From NCBI GenBank assembly GCA_963796875.1, contig CAWCNL010000004.1, forward strand, positions 203,397-267,396: a stretch of DNA of 64,000 nucleotides. The letters are read 5' to 3'. The position numbers and the translations under genes are program-made. The stretch is from an uncultured Actinomycetes bacterium (GTDB lineage: Bacteria; Actinomycetota; Thermoleophilia; Gaiellales; JAICJC01). Of this stretch, positions 19,016 through 29,613 are shown piece by piece. The stretch's first letter is position 1; each line of letters opens with the position of its first letter. The notes below the pieces were generated by a model. The model saw nothing but the letters and a program-made list of their open reading frames with translations. It had not been told where the DNA came from and ran no database searches.

Positions 19016-19420
19016 GGGGCCAGCCGTCCAAGCGCACGCTCCAGGCGTGATCGGGCTTCAATCGCGAGCGGCTCGAGGTCGCCGTTCTGGGCCACATGCA
19101 TCGCAGCGATCGGCTCCATCGCGGCCACTCGGACGGTGTCGCCGTCCTGCCTCACCACCACGTTGCACGGCAGCAGCACGCCCAGGTCGGGTTCGATACC
19201 CAGGCCCCGATGGGCCAGCGGCGGGTTGCACGCGCCCAGGATCACGTACGGCGGCTCCTCCACGCCGAGCTTGGCGGCAAGCGTCGCCTGCACGTCGATC
19301 TCGGTGAGCACCCCGAACCCCTCGGTCGGCGAGCTCCGCGCGGACGCGGGTGACAACATCGGCGAACTCGCCCTCGACGGTTGTCACCAGGGCGTAGTTC
19401 GTGTGGGTCAATGTCTCCAT
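19012..19420 (-). pseudogene. DUF302 domain protein, frame break near 19330 (extra G in a G-run)
   Basis: The N-terminus METLTHTNYALVTTVEGEFADVVTRVRAELADRG (ORF 19058..19420) continues as FGVLTEIDVQATLAAKLG...LLPCNVVV (ORF 19012..19359). The junction is cgaggggttcgggg. Confidence 0.75.
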
Positions 19421-19435
19421 CTCATTCCTCTCCTT

Positions 19436-19471
19436 TACAAGTACACAGTTGTAGAGTAGTATACTTGTAGA
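19436..19471. promoter_or_regulatory. AT-rich divergent promoter/operator region: 8-bp inverted repeat TACAAGTA-N18-TACTTGTA plus direct TTGTAGA repeats
   Basis: Read directly between the DUF302 start (19420, minus) and the ArsR start (19493, plus; AAGGAG at 19480). Probable ArsR operator, by position only. Confidence 0.45.
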
Positions 19472-19492
19472 AGATTCTCAAGGAGACCGCCA

Positions 19493-19845
19493 ATGCCCCC
19501 CTCACATCCACTTCCCGAACCCGTTGTCGAGCTGATTGCAGAGCGCTTCCGCGTGATGGGCGAGCCGCTGCGCATCCGCATCCTCGACCGCCTGCGGCAG
19601 GCCGAGACCTCAGTCGGCGAGCTCACCGGCGAGCTCGGCGCGACGCAGCAGAACATCTCGCGCCATCTCGCCGTGCTGCACGCGGCGGGCATCGTGTCGC
19701 GCCAGAAGGAGGGCACGAAGGTCGATCTACGCCATCACCGACGATTCGGTGTTCGCCCTGTGCGAGGCGGTGTGTGGATCGCTGCAGCAGTCCGTGGCAG
19801 AGCTCGCGCAGATCCTGGGCGACACGACCCCCAGCTGCGCGATGA
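19493..19845 (+). pseudogene. ArsR/SmtB family transcriptional regulator, frame break near 19720
   Basis: RILDRLRQAETSVGELTGELGATQQNISRHLAVLHAAGIVSRQKEGTKV, then shifts to IYAITDDSVFALCEAV. Confidence 0.8.
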
Positions 19846-21966
19846 GCGAGCTGGGGCCGATCGGCCGGCTAGGCCGTTTCACCGCCGCACACGTACGCGG
19901 CGGTGGTGCTTACGTGGGTGGTCATCGCGGTCGCCTTCGGGGCGCTTGCACCCGCGCGTCGAAACCGCGCTCTCGGGCGCCGGCTGGCAGGCCAACGGCT
20001 CGCAGTCGGTGAAGGCGCGCGACATCATTCAGCAGAAGTTCGGCGGCCAGAGTTCGGAGGCGATCATGGTCGTACTGCACTCCCCCACCCTGACCGCGAC
20101 CGACCCGGCGTTCGGTGCCACCGTTCAACGCGTCGAGCAGATTCTGCGCGCCGACCCGGCGATCTCGACGCGTCGTCGGGCCCCAGCCGGGCGTCACGAT
20201 CTCGCGCGACGGCCACACGGCCGTGGTAATGGGCGGCGCGGCCCGCAACCCCACGCAGATGGTGGCGGCGGCCGATGCTCTGAAGGGCAAGCTGAGCGAT
20301 GCCGGCACCACCGCCGTCACGGTGCACGCCACCGGCGCCTCGGCGATGTGGTCTGACTTCAACACCGCCAACCGCACCGCGATGATGCAGTCGGAACTCT
20401 TCAGCTGGCCGGTGACGCTGCTGATCCTGGTGTTCGCGTTCGGCTCGCTGGTCGCCGCGGGGCTGCCGCTGATGCTCACCATCACCGGCCTCGTGGCAAG
20501 CGCCGGCGTGCTCTATCTGGGTACGCAGGTCAGCGACATCTCGATCTGGGCGATGAACTTCGCGCTCATGTTCGCGCTCGCGCTGGGCATCGACTACGCG
20601 CTCTTCATCGTGGCCCGGTATCGCGCCGCCCTCTTTGGATCGGGCCTTCGCCCGGCCGAGGCGGTGGCCGTCACCATGGACACCGCCGGCAAGGCGGTGC
20701 TCTTCTCGGGCCTCACGGTACTCATCTCGCTCACGGCCGTGATGCTGGTGCCGAGTCCCGCGTTTCGCTCGATGGCGCTCGGCATCATGGTGTCGGTGAT
20801 CTTCGTGCTCGGAGCGGCGCTGACGCTGCTGCCTGCGGTGCTCGCCTGGCTCGGCCCTCGCGTCGACCGCCTCTCGCTCTCGTGGGTGCACACCGGTGAG
20901 CACCGGTCTGCGCGGTTCGCTGCGTGGGCCGAGCGGCTGTGGCGCCGGCCGCTGCTGTTCGGTGCCGGAGCCCTGGTGATCCTGCTGGCGCTGGCCGCGC
21001 CGATCCTCGGACTGCGCACCGGCATGCCGTCGATCAAGGTCGTCCCCACCGGCGACAGCTCGCGCATCGGCTATGACCAGGTCGCCAAGGCATTCGGCAG
21101 CGGCGCGCCGGGCGCGCTCCAGATCGTGGTGCCGGCCGCGCAGAGCCGGGCGGCGGCGCACGTGCTCGGCACCGACCGCGGCATCGCGGCGGTCACGCCG
21201 GCCCAGCTCGACCGGGCCCATACCTTCGCCCTGATCCAGGCGGTGCCCAACGCCGATCCGTCGAGTCCCGCGGTGGGATCGACCGATCGATCGGCTGCGC
21301 AACACGCTGCCGCCCGGCACCCTGGTGGGCGGTGCCACGGCCGAGAACCACGACCTCGAGTCGGCCCTTGCAACCGCCACCCCGCGGGTGATCGGCGTAG
21401 TGCTCACGCTGGGATTCGTGCTCTTGCTGTTCGCCTTGCAGGCGCCGGTGATCGCGCTTGTCGGCGTGCTCGCCAACGTGCTTGCCACCGGTGCGGCGTT
21501 CGGCGTCGCCCGGCTCGTGTTCCAGAACGGCCACGGCGCATCGATCCTGGGATTCCAGTCGCAGGGGTTCCTGGACGCATGGGCGCCCGTGTTCTTCTTC
21601 GCGATGATCTTCGCGATCGCCATGGACTACACCGTGTTCCTGCTGGCATCGGCCAAGGAGCACTACGACCGGTCGGGCGATCCGCACGAGGCGATGGTCG
21701 GCGGCCTCGCCCATTCCGGCCGTGTGATCCTGGCCGCGGCGGCGGTGATGGTGGCGGTGTTCTTCACCTTCGCCCTCTCGGGGCCGCTGCCGCCCAAGGA
21801 GATGGGCACGATCCTCGGCATCGCGGTGCTGCTGGACGCGGTGCTCGTCCGCCTAGTGCTGATTCCGGTGGCGCTGCGCCTGCTCGGCGACTGGGCGTGG
21901 TGGCTCCCGAAGTGGGCCGGCAGGGTTCTTCCGACCGTCACGTTTGGGCATTCGGAAGCCGCCTGA
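19842..21966 (+). pseudogene. MMPL/RND-superfamily membrane transporter with at least 4 frame breaks (about 19895, 19955, 20165, 21290)
   Basis: Pieces: MSELGPIGRLGRFTAAHVR / VVLTWVVIAVAFGALAP / RVETALSGAGWQANGSQSVKARD... / ORF 20115..22235 body / ORF 21325..21966 (AIAMDYTVFLLASAKEH). Confidence 0.85.
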
Positions 21967-21970
21967 ATGG

Positions 21971-23011
21971 TCAGCGGCGCGCCGTAAGCCAGGCTTGCAG
22001 CCACCGTCCCTGGTCGTTCAACGCCGTGCCGGTGGCCAGGCCAAAATGCGGGCTGTCAGACATGTCCCACCGGGCGAAGCTGAGGTGGAGCGCCGTGAGG
22101 AGGCGTCGCATCTGCTGGTCGTATGAGCGCCATCCGGGGACGGTGTGCACGCCCCACTCCCCCACGATCATCGGGATCCCCCGCGCGCGGGTGCGCTGGT
22201 ACGGGATCATGAGATTGGCACGCTGCGCCGCGTAAGTTCCGGTGTACGTCGACGAGCGCTGGTTGTGGGTGCGGCCCCACGACGGCAGCCAGTTGTCGGC
22301 CCGGGCGTCCATGCCGTCACCACAACACCCGTTGTAGAAACTGTGCCAATCGAGTACCGCGTTGCGCAGCTTGAACCCGGCGCAGCTGAAGCACACGTTG
22401 GTGCCGTAGTTTCCGCCGCGCACGTTGAAGAAGATCGCGCGGCCCGGCGCCTGGGCAGCGATCGCGTTACGCACAGGAGCCTGCCAGCGCAGGATCTGCT
22501 GGTCGAGCCTGGGCGTGCCGTGCGGCGTGCTCGGCAGGGACGGCTCGTTGACGATGCCAAAGCCGATCACGCGAGGGAAGTGCCGGTAGCGCCTCGTGAT
22601 CACGTTCACGAAGGGCAGGTAGGCGGCGTGGCTGGCCGCAGCCCGGGAGGTGTAGAAGCCTGCGCGGTCGGCAAACCAGCTCGGCTGCGGGCGCACACGC
22701 AGGTCGAGCTCCATGTTGATGCGATGCGACTGCAGCATCTGCACCGCAGCGTCGAGCATCTTCAGCTGCGCGGTCGAGAATGTACCGCGCGATGGCTCGA
22801 TCAGATTCCAGAACACCCGGATCCGCACGAAGCGCGCGCCCACGGAGGGAATCTGCTTGACCAGAAACGAGCGATAGTCGACGTTGACACCGCGCAGGAC
22901 CACGCGATGGCCGGCCGCGTTCAGAAATGCGGCGCCGTGGACGTGAATCGCTGGGGCTTTGGCGGTGAGCGCCGCCGGGGGTGGCGCAAGCGCGAGGGCC
23001 ATGTCTCGCAT
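21971..23011 (-). CDS. Glycoside hydrolase family 5-like (cellulase superfamily)
   Basis: ORF 21971..23233. FGIVNEP (acid/base) and IVGEWG (nucleophile) motifs. Likely start MRDMALALAPPPAA at 23011. Confidence 0.65.
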   Translation of the reverse strand: MRDMALALAPPPAALTAKAPAIHVHGAAFLNAAGHRVVLRGVNVDYRSFLVKQIPSVGARFVRIRVFWNLIEPSRGTFSTAQLKMLDAAVQMLQSHRINMELDLRVRPQPSWFADRAGFYTSRAAASHAAYLPFVNVITRRYRHFPRVIGFGIVNEPSLPSTPHGTPRLDQQILRWQAPVRNAIAAQAPGRAIFFNVRGGNYGTNVCFSCAGFKLRNAVLDWHSFYNGCCGDGMDARADNWLPSWGRTHNQRSSTYTGTYAAQRANLMIPYQRTRARGIPMIVGEWGVHTVPGWRSYDQQMRRLLTALHLSFARWDMSDSPHFGLATGTALNDQGRWLQAWLTARR

Positions 23012-23135
23012 ACTGCACCAACTCAGCCGGACTCCGAGCCGGTCACTCGCTGTGTCCGTGTGTGCCCGCCCCATCCGTCCAGGCGAGCCGCAAAGCGCGT
23101 AACATCTGTCGCGATGTCGAGACGGTGCAGTTGAC

Positions 23136-23951
23136 ATGGTCGCCGAGATCGAAGCCGCAGAGGCCCGCGCCTGGGCCGACCTGTACGCTGCAGCGCCAGA
23201 GGACTGGGCGGCGTCGGTGGGCCTGGACACCACGTGGATCGGCCAGACGCTGGTGCTGCGCTGGGCGGCAACCGGGCGCCGCTACTTCAACCGGGCGATC
23301 GGCCTCGGCGTGACGGCACCCGCGACCGAAGCGGCGCTCGACCAGGTGCTCGACCACTGGGGCTCGGCCGGCATCGGGATGTGCCTCGTCCAGTCAATGC
23401 CCGCGTGCGTTCCCGGCGGGTACACGAGCTGGCTCGAGGCGCGCGGGCTCACGCCGTTCGAAAGACAGGATCGGGTCGTACGCGACGCCGCACCGCTGGT
23501 GTCATCGCCCACGATCCTCGCCGACTGTGAGCTGGTCGTCGAGCAGGTCACCCAGAGCACCGCCGACGAATGGGCAGACTTCCTGCAGCGCGTCTACAGG
23601 CTGGACACCGGCACATGGCTGCAGCGCCTGGCCGGCCGCCCGCGCTGGCACATCTATCTGGCTCGCGAGGGCGGCGAGATCAAGGCCGCCCGCAGCATGT
23701 ACGCAGGCGCCGACGGGTATGCCTGGTGGGGCATGGACTGCCCCGTGCCCGGGCTCATGACTCCCGACTACGTCCCCGACGCGGCGGTCTGCGAAGCGCT
23801 CGTCCACGTTGGCCTGCGGCACGGCGTGCGGTGGTTTCTGGCCGATATCGAAGCGCCGTCGGACACCATGGACACGCCGGCATACACATCGTTCTCGGAG
23901 CTGGGATTCACGCGGCCGTACGTCCGCACGCACTGGGCGGCGATCGACTGA
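23136..23951 (+). CDS. GNAT-family acetyltransferase-like protein (two-lobed)
   Basis: 271 aa. RYFNRAIGLGV and a C-terminal acetyltransferase-like block. Assignment from pattern memory only. Confidence 0.5.
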   Translation: MVAEIEAAEARAWADLYAAAPEDWAASVGLDTTWIGQTLVLRWAATGRRYFNRAIGLGVTAPATEAALDQVLDHWGSAGIGMCLVQSMPACVPGGYTSWLEARGLTPFERQDRVVRDAAPLVSSPTILADCELVVEQVTQSTADEWADFLQRVYRLDTGTWLQRLAGRPRWHIYLAREGGEIKAARSMYAGADGYAWWGMDCPVPGLMTPDYVPDAAVCEALVHVGLRHGVRWFLADIEAPSDTMDTPAYTSFSELGFTRPYVRTHWAAID

Positions 23952-24244
23952 TGCACGCCTCGGTGTGGCGATTTGCCGGAGACCCCGATGACCTCGAGCA
24001 GCGGTATGAGGCGATGCTCGCCGATATCCCCGCCAAGGTGATGCGGCTGCACCTGTGCCTGCGCTGCCCCGACGGCATCCTGATCGTGGATACCTGCCCC
24101 AGCCGCGAGGTATTCGAGCAGTTCGCCGCGAGTCCGTTCCCGGCGCTGCGGGCTGCCCACGGGCTGCCTGATCCCGTCGCCGTCGAGGACCATCCGGTGC
24201 TTGCGGCGTTCGTCGACGGCCGCCGACGAGCACCGCGCGCGTGA
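23951..24244 (+). CDS. Hypothetical small protein (97 aa)
   Basis: ATG 23951 overlaps the TGA of the upstream gene by 1 nt. MHASVWRFAGDPDDLEQRYEAMLADIPAKVMRLHLCLRCPDGILIVDTCPSREVFEQF. Confidence 0.45.
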   Translation: MHASVWRFAGDPDDLEQRYEAMLADIPAKVMRLHLCLRCPDGILIVDTCPSREVFEQFAASPFPALRAAHGLPDPVAVEDHPVLAAFVDGRRRAPRA

Positions 24245-24345
24245 GGCGTCGACGCCTGCCGGCGTCAAACCCACCCGAAATTCCTCTGCCGCGCCATGAG
24301 ATGCTGACCCTATCGGGGTTGCGGATCAGACCACGCGACTCCCGC

Positions 24346-25033
24346 TCACATTGCCGCCCTCGCCGGTGCGGCGTCGAGGCTCTTGCCGCCGAGCAGACCG
24401 GCAAACCGCGATGCGAGCGCCATGACCGTGAGGGCAGGGTTGGCGCTCCCCTGTGTGGGCATCACGCTGCCGTCACAGACGAACAGGTTGGGAACCCCCC
24501 ACACACGGTGTGATGAGTCGATCACGCTCTCTGCCGGATCGGTGCCCATGCGACAACCGCCGACGAGATGCGCGTACCGGTCGATGGTCAGCGTGTCCTG
24601 CGCCCGGCCGACTCCCAGATCTCGACGAGCTTCTGCTTGGCGTAGGCGATGTTGTTGCGATCGTTGTCGCACTGCGAGTAGTCGAAGCGCGCCAGCGGCA
24701 TCCCGAACTCGTCGGTCTGGTCAGGCAGCGTGACGCGGTTCTCGGCGCGCGGCAGCAGTTCGCAGAGCGTGCCGAGCACCGTCCAGTGGTTGTAGTCGCG
24801 CATGTACTCCCGCAACGCCGCGCCGCGGTGTCCGTCGGCGAGCACGTATTCGGCCCAGCCGATCGGAAGCGGGCTGACCGTCTGGATCGAGAACCCGCGC
24901 GCGAAGCCGCGCGACTCGTCGGTCTCGTAGAACTGCTCGGAGGAGACCTCCGGCGGCAGCCCGGGACGAACATGCCGAGTCGCGAAACGCCCACGTTTGG
25001 CGATCCAGTAGCCACGAATCCGCCGCCTTCGGG
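24346..25033 (-). pseudogene. GMC oxidoreductase, C-terminal fragment only, with internal frame break (about 24600-24640)
   Basis: FYETDESRGFARGFSIQTVSPLPIGW...NRVTLPDQTDEFGMPLARFDY (frame of ORF 24588..24845), then HLVGGCRMGTDPAESVIDSSHRVWGVPNLFVCDGSVMPTQGSANPALT (ORF 24346..24672). The N-terminal FAD domain is absent; an in-frame stop lies at about 25035. Confidence 0.8.
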
Positions 25034-25059
25034 CTCATCCTGACGACCTGAAACGACAG

Positions 25060-25480
25060 ATGTCAAAGACGCGAACATGCGTCCCAGGCTTAAGCGTGTC
25101 GGTGCGAAGACTCCAACTCGCGTACCCACATCCGTTCGAGGGCCGCATCGTGTGCTCTGCCCGGCGAAGCGACGGCGTCCTCGACAACGACGACGCTCAT
25201 CCCTTCGGCCAGCAGCCAGTCCGAGCACCTCCTTGCCGATCACCGGCGGATCCCCAGCAGCCTCCAGGAGTGCAGGATGAAGGCCACCCATCTCCTCGGG
25301 GGTCTCGGCCGAGGCAATCACAGGTAACCTGCAGAATCTCGCCCGGCCAGGATGAACGCGATGCGCTCGAGGAATCAGATGACTCGAGTCCATCGACCTT
25401 TTCTATGAACCTCTCCTGGACGTCAACCAGAACCAGGACGCAGTCTTCACACTCGACCGGTAGACCAATGGTGATCGATC
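25060..25480 (-). pseudogene. Isochorismatase / cysteine-hydrolase family remnant, several frame breaks
   Basis: Fragments in three frames: CVLVLVDVQERFIEKVDG; VIASAETPEEMGGLHPALLEAAGDPPVIGKEVLG; LLAEGMSVVVVEDAVASPGRAHDAALERM. Confidence 0.5.
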
Positions 25481-25488
25481 CTCCTAGA

Positions 25489-25701
25489 TCACGGCTGCGG
25501 CGAGCTCGGGTTGGGTCCTGGGGCGGTGTTGCCAATCTCGACGACGTCGGCCAACTGCCAGCCTGGCCGCGGCACTGCGGCGAGCAACCTCTGCGTGTAC
25601 GAATGCTCGGGGTTGTCGAGCACGCCGTCGGTCAATCCCCGCTCGACCACCTCGCCCCTGCGCAGCACGATCACCTGCTCGGTCACCTGGCGTACCACCG
25701 C
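25489..25701 (-). pseudogene. C-terminal tail (about 70 aa) of a Dpp/Opp-type ABC ATP-binding protein, truncated
   Basis: LAVVRQVTEQVIVLRRGEVVERGLTDGVLDNPEHSYTQRLLAAVP begins immediately after the nuoB-like stop codon (25705-25707). No upstream ATPase sequence is present. Confidence 0.7.
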
Positions 25702-25704
25702 CAG

Positions 25705-26207
25705 CTAGGCTTTGGCCTTCTCGACTTCGTAGGCCGGTGGCACATCGGCTCGGATCCGCTCCTGAAGCAGGAGCAGGCCGTCGATGACCGCTTCGGGTCG
25801 CGGTGGGCAACCCGGCACGTGAACGTCGACCGGGATGATCTTGTCGACGCCCTGAAGCACTGCGTAATTCGCGAACATGCCGCCCGAACTGGCGCATGCC
25901 CCCATCGCCATCACCCACTTGGGCTGAAGCATCTGGTCGTAGATCTGCCTGATCGGCGGAGCCAACTTGTGGGCTGCACGCCGGACACGATCACCAGATC
26001 CGCCTGTCGCGGCGACGCTCGAAACACCTCCGACCCGAACCGGCCGATGTCGTAGCGCGGCGTCGGCAGAGCCATCATCTCGATGCCGCAGCACGCCAAG
26101 CCGAACTGCTCTGGCCAGATCGAGTTGGACTGTGCCCACCGACGCGCGCGCTCCATCGTCGTGCAGCGACGGATCGCTTTGGATATCGAGACAGGGTACG
26201 TAGCCAT
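25705..26207 (-). pseudogene. nuoB: NADH-quinone oxidoreductase subunit B (NuoB / hydrogenase small-subunit-like), orphan, frame break near 25960
   Basis: [30 protein letters not shown] (ORF 25911..26207), then [32 protein letters not shown]...[12 protein letters not shown] (tail of ORF 25705..27105). All four Fe-S cluster Cys are present. Confidence 0.85.
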
Positions 26208-26222
26208 TGCCGAATGGGCTGC

Positions 26223-27800
26223 TCAGGCCTGGGGCACCTGACGCCGGCGGAACCCGACGAATGCCACGCACGACGTGAGGGCCGCCGCCAGCGCCAACCA
26301 GGCCAGTGCAGTGGTGTTGACGGCGTCGAGTGGCGGTGTTCCTACGTACGTCAGGGGAGACAGGTTCAGCACCCAGTCCGGAAGCTGGAGGCCCTTTCCG
26401 AGTAGTCCGATGAAGGCAACTCCGCCGAATACCGCCCACGCGAGACCGAACGCGCGCGGCACTAACCCGTAGAGGAGCGCTGCGATGGCCGCGATGACTA
26501 GCTCGGCTGGCAGGTAGGCCAGCCCCGACTTCAGCAAGGCACCGACGTAGCCGGAGTCCCCAGTGGACAGCGCAGTGGCGCAGCCGTAAACGACTGACGT
26601 GATTGCGACCACGCCGATCAGCCCGGTGGTCACGACGAGGACTTGTACGGCGAGCCACCGTACCCTGCCCAATGCTCCAGCGAGGATGGGTTCGAGGCGG
26701 CCAGCAGCCTCCTCGTGCCCTAGTAAGCCGAGGGACTGGACGACGTAGCCGCAGGCGATGATGGCGAGGTAGACCTGGGTCGAGGCGAGGAAGCCGTCGG
26801 CCGCGTTCGCCGCGGTGATCCCCATCGTCTTGCTCAGCGAGGGGTTGCCGAGGATGGCACTCGCGGCGTCTTGGGCGAGGGCGCCCATGACCGCAGCCAA
26901 CGCGACAGATCCGACCATCCACCCGAGGAGCGAGCCGCGTTGCTCGTACAGCGCGAAGCCGAGAGGTCGAACTAGCCAGGCGGAGGCCGACGATTCCTTT
27001 GGACCTTGACGGTAGAGCGCCGCCCCCAGGTCTCTGCGTCCGGCGAGAACGATTGCCAGAACCGACAGTCCGGTTGCGACAACGGCGGGGATGAGCAGGA
27101 CCCACCAGCGGGGATCATCGGCGAACGGCGCAGTCTTCTCGAGCCAGCCGAGCGGCGAAAGCCATACCCAGAATGTGTCGTTGACGTCGCCGATGCCACG
27201 CAGGATGTAGGAGAGCGCGATGGCGACGAACCCCAGGGCATAGACACCTCTGGTATGCAGGACGACCTGGGCGCAGACGGCAGCGAGCGCAGCGAAGACG
27301 ACGGTCACCATCCCGAGGGCCAGGGCGTAGAGCACTGCCGGGCCGAGCTCGATACCGGCGGCGAGCAGGGAGAGCGCGAAGCCGACATCCATCGTCACCA
27401 CGGCGGCGACCACGAGCACCAGCGCACTCACAACCGGGGCTCGGCGGTCAACCCGTCCCGCCAGCAGCATTTCGAGGCGACCGGACTCCTCCTCGCCCCG
27501 CGTCATTCCCGCGACCAGGGCGATCCCCATGAGTGGCATCAGGAAAGAGGCGATAAAACCAAACTCATCCTGGATGATGCCGCCAAGCGTGTCGATGCCC
27601 TCCACGTGGCCGTTGATCGCGATCAGGGCGTCACTGACCAGGGCGGTCCCGTATGACGCGATCTTCTCGGGTGTGTCGTACAGCTGAGCGACGGCGATCG
27701 CGGTGACAGCGAGGCTGCCGGCGACGGCGAGCACCCATACCATCAGGCGTCGGCGCTGGATGCGCCACAAGTTCGCCAGCATGATTCCGGGGCCGGTCAA
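26223..27800 (-). CDS. ABC-2 type exporter permease (large, about 12 TM)
   Basis: 525 aa, uninterrupted, highly hydrophobic. ATGA-type 4-nt overlap with the upstream ATPase gene. Confidence 0.75.
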   Translation of the reverse strand: MTGPGIMLANLWRIQRRRLMVWVLAVAGSLAVTAIAVAQLYDTPEKIASYGTALVSDALIAINGHVEGIDTLGGIIQDEFGFIASFLMPLMGIALVAGMTRGEEESGRLEMLLAGRVDRRAPVVSALVLVVAAVVTMDVGFALSLLAAGIELGPAVLYALALGMVTVVFAALAAVCAQVVLHTRGVYALGFVAIALSYILRGIGDVNDTFWVWLSPLGWLEKTAPFADDPRWWVLLIPAVVATGLSVLAIVLAGRRDLGAALYRQGPKESSASAWLVRPLGFALYEQRGSLLGWMVGSVALAAVMGALAQDAASAILGNPSLSKTMGITAANAADGFLASTQVYLAIIACGYVVQSLGLLGHEEAAGRLEPILAGALGRVRWLAVQVLVVTTGLIGVVAITSVVYGCATALSTGDSGYVGALLKSGLAYLPAELVIAAIAALLYGLVPRAFGLAWAVFGGVAFIGLLGKGLQLPDWVLNLSPLTYVGTPPLDAVNTTALAWLALAAALTSCVAFVGFRRRQVPQA

Positions 27801-28753
27801 GCTTCCACCGAGACGGCCTGGTCGTCGCTGTAGTTCCGCAGGAACAGCTCGTCCAGGCTCGGTGGCTCGACGGTGAGGCTCCGGATGCCGGCGGCGTGGA
27901 TAACTCCGATCGCCTCGCCGAGCTCGTCAGCGCCGACCGTGAACCGCGTCTCGATGCCTCCGTCAACAGCACCGGTGGTGAGGTTCTCTAACCCGGCGAC
28001 GCGTTCAAGCGATTCGGCCGCGGATGCGGTCAGCGCGTGGACGCTCGTCCGCGTATGTCGGCGCAGATCCGCGAGCGTTCCCGAGGTCACCGTCTTGCCG
28101 CGCCGGATAATGCTGACCCGGTCGGCCAGCGCCTCCACCTCTGAGAGGATATGGCTGGACAGCAGAACCGTCACGCCCTGCTCGCAACGCTCTCTGATCA
28201 CGCCCTGGAACACCTGCTCCATCAGGGGATCGAGCCCTGAGGTCGGCTCGTCGAGGACGAGCAGTCCCACGTCACTCGCGAGCGCCGCCACCAGCGCCAC
28301 CTTCTGACGGTTGCCCTTCGAGTAGTCGCGCGCCCGTTTGGTCGGATCAAGGTCGAAACGCTCGATCAGTTCGGCCCGCCGCTTGGGATCCATCCCACCG
28401 TGAACCCCGGCCAGGACGTCCATGCACTGCCCTCCGGTGAGCCCCGCCCACAGCGACACATCACCGGGCACATAGGCCAGGTCGCTCCGCAGACTGGTGC
28501 CATCGCTCCATGGGTCGCGGTCGTAGAGCGTGATCCTGCCACCGTCCCGGCGCATCAGTCCGAGCAGGATCCGGATGGTGGTGGACTTTCCTGCCCCGTT
28601 TGGCCCGACAAACCCGTGCACCTCGCCGCGGGCCACGACGAGGTCAAGGCCATCCAGCGCCCGGAAGCTGCCGAACCGCTTCACCAGCCCCTCGATCCGA
28701 ACGATGACGCCGCTCATGTCCCTCGTCGGCCGATCCGAAGGTAGCTTGGTCAT
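27797..28753 (-). CDS. ABC transporter ATP-binding protein (DrrA-like)
   Basis: GPNGAGKST (Walker A), LTGGQ... and LSKGNRQKV-type signature (YSKGNRQKVAL), LLVLDEPTSGLD (Walker B). Start ATG 28753 preferred (MTKLPSD); ORF track start is 28774. Confidence 0.9.
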   Translation of the reverse strand: MTKLPSDRPTRDMSGVIVRIEGLVKRFGSFRALDGLDLVVARGEVHGFVGPNGAGKSTTIRILLGLMRRDGGRITLYDRDPWSDGTSLRSDLAYVPGDVSLWAGLTGGQCMDVLAGVHGGMDPKRRAELIERFDLDPTKRARDYSKGNRQKVALVAALASDVGLLVLDEPTSGLDPLMEQVFQGVIRERCEQGVTVLLSSHILSEVEALADRVSIIRRGKTVTSGTLADLRRHTRTSVHALTASAAESLERVAGLENLTTGAVDGGIETRFTVGADELGEAIGVIHAAGIRSLTVEPPSLDELFLRNYSDDQAVSVEA

Positions 28754-28865
28754 TTGCCCAAACCATATGCCCAAGATGGTGAGCCTGTCAAGGAGCGCAA
28801 AGCCATGAGAACTGGGGCTTGACGCTTGGAGGCCGTCCGACTACCGTTTGGGCAAATGACCAAGC
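28744..28865. promoter_or_regulatory. Divergent control region bounded by a perfect 20-bp inverted repeat (GTTTGGGCAAATGACCAAGC) that contains both start codons
   Basis: Arms at 28744-28763 (reverse complement) and 28846-28865, with an 82-bp spacer. Both genes begin ...FGQ-MTK from the same sequence. Confidence 0.6.
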
Positions 28866-29536
28866 CCGATAGACCGAGGCACGGGACCGCGACGGCGGCG
28901 GCGGCCGAAGGCTCGACGCGAGAGCGGATTCTGAAAGCGACGGTCGAACTGATGGCAGAGACCGGAATCGATCGGGTCCGCACGCGCGCCATCGCTGAGC
29001 GTGCGGGTGTCAACCCGGCGCTCGTGCACTACCACTTCGGATCGATTGCAGCGCTGGTCATGGAGGCCGCTGAATACGCCCTGCTCGAGGAACTGGGACC
29101 GTCGATCGACGTCTTCGTTTCGGCTGCCACGGTGCAGGAAGGAATCACAGCCATGCTCGAATGGATCGAGCAGAAGGCACAGCGAACCCCCGGCGCAACC
29201 ATCCTCGCCGAGGCGATGGTGAAGTCAACACGAGATCAGGCATTCCGGCGCTGGACGAAGCAAGCATCCTGGCGGTTCCGGACAATCATCCTCACGCGAC
29301 TCAAGACCGCACATGCTAACCACGAGCTCGACCCCGGTCTCGACATCGAAGCGACTGCTGTTCTGCTTGCCGCAGCGCTCGACGGACTCTTGTTCCACCG
29401 CCTGGTCGACCCCGGCCTCGACATCAGACAAACTGCCGAGCCCATCGCCCGGATGCTTGGAACTCCCGGACCTGCGGTCGCCGCCAATAACGACGCGACG
29501 AAACAACGGCGACGCGATGGTTCCTTCAAGCAGTGA
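28856..29536 (+). CDS. TetR/AcrR family transcriptional regulator
   Basis: TRERILKATVELMAETGIDRVRTRAIAERAGVNPALVHYHFGS (HTH). ORF track start 28826; ATG 28856 preferred. Confidence 0.85.
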   Translation: MTKPDRPRHGTATAAAAEGSTRERILKATVELMAETGIDRVRTRAIAERAGVNPALVHYHFGSIAALVMEAAEYALLEELGPSIDVFVSAATVQEGITAMLEWIEQKAQRTPGATILAEAMVKSTRDQAFRRWTKQASWRFRTIILTRLKTAHANHELDPGLDIEATAVLLAAALDGLLFHRLVDPGLDIRQTAEPIARMLGTPGPAVAANNDATKQRRRDGSFKQ

Positions 29537-29613
29537 GCCGATGACGCTGGCCAGGCCGCCGTCCAGTTGGTGCTCGACGAGGCGCTCACCGTCGTCGAAG
29601 GCCTCCAGCTCGA

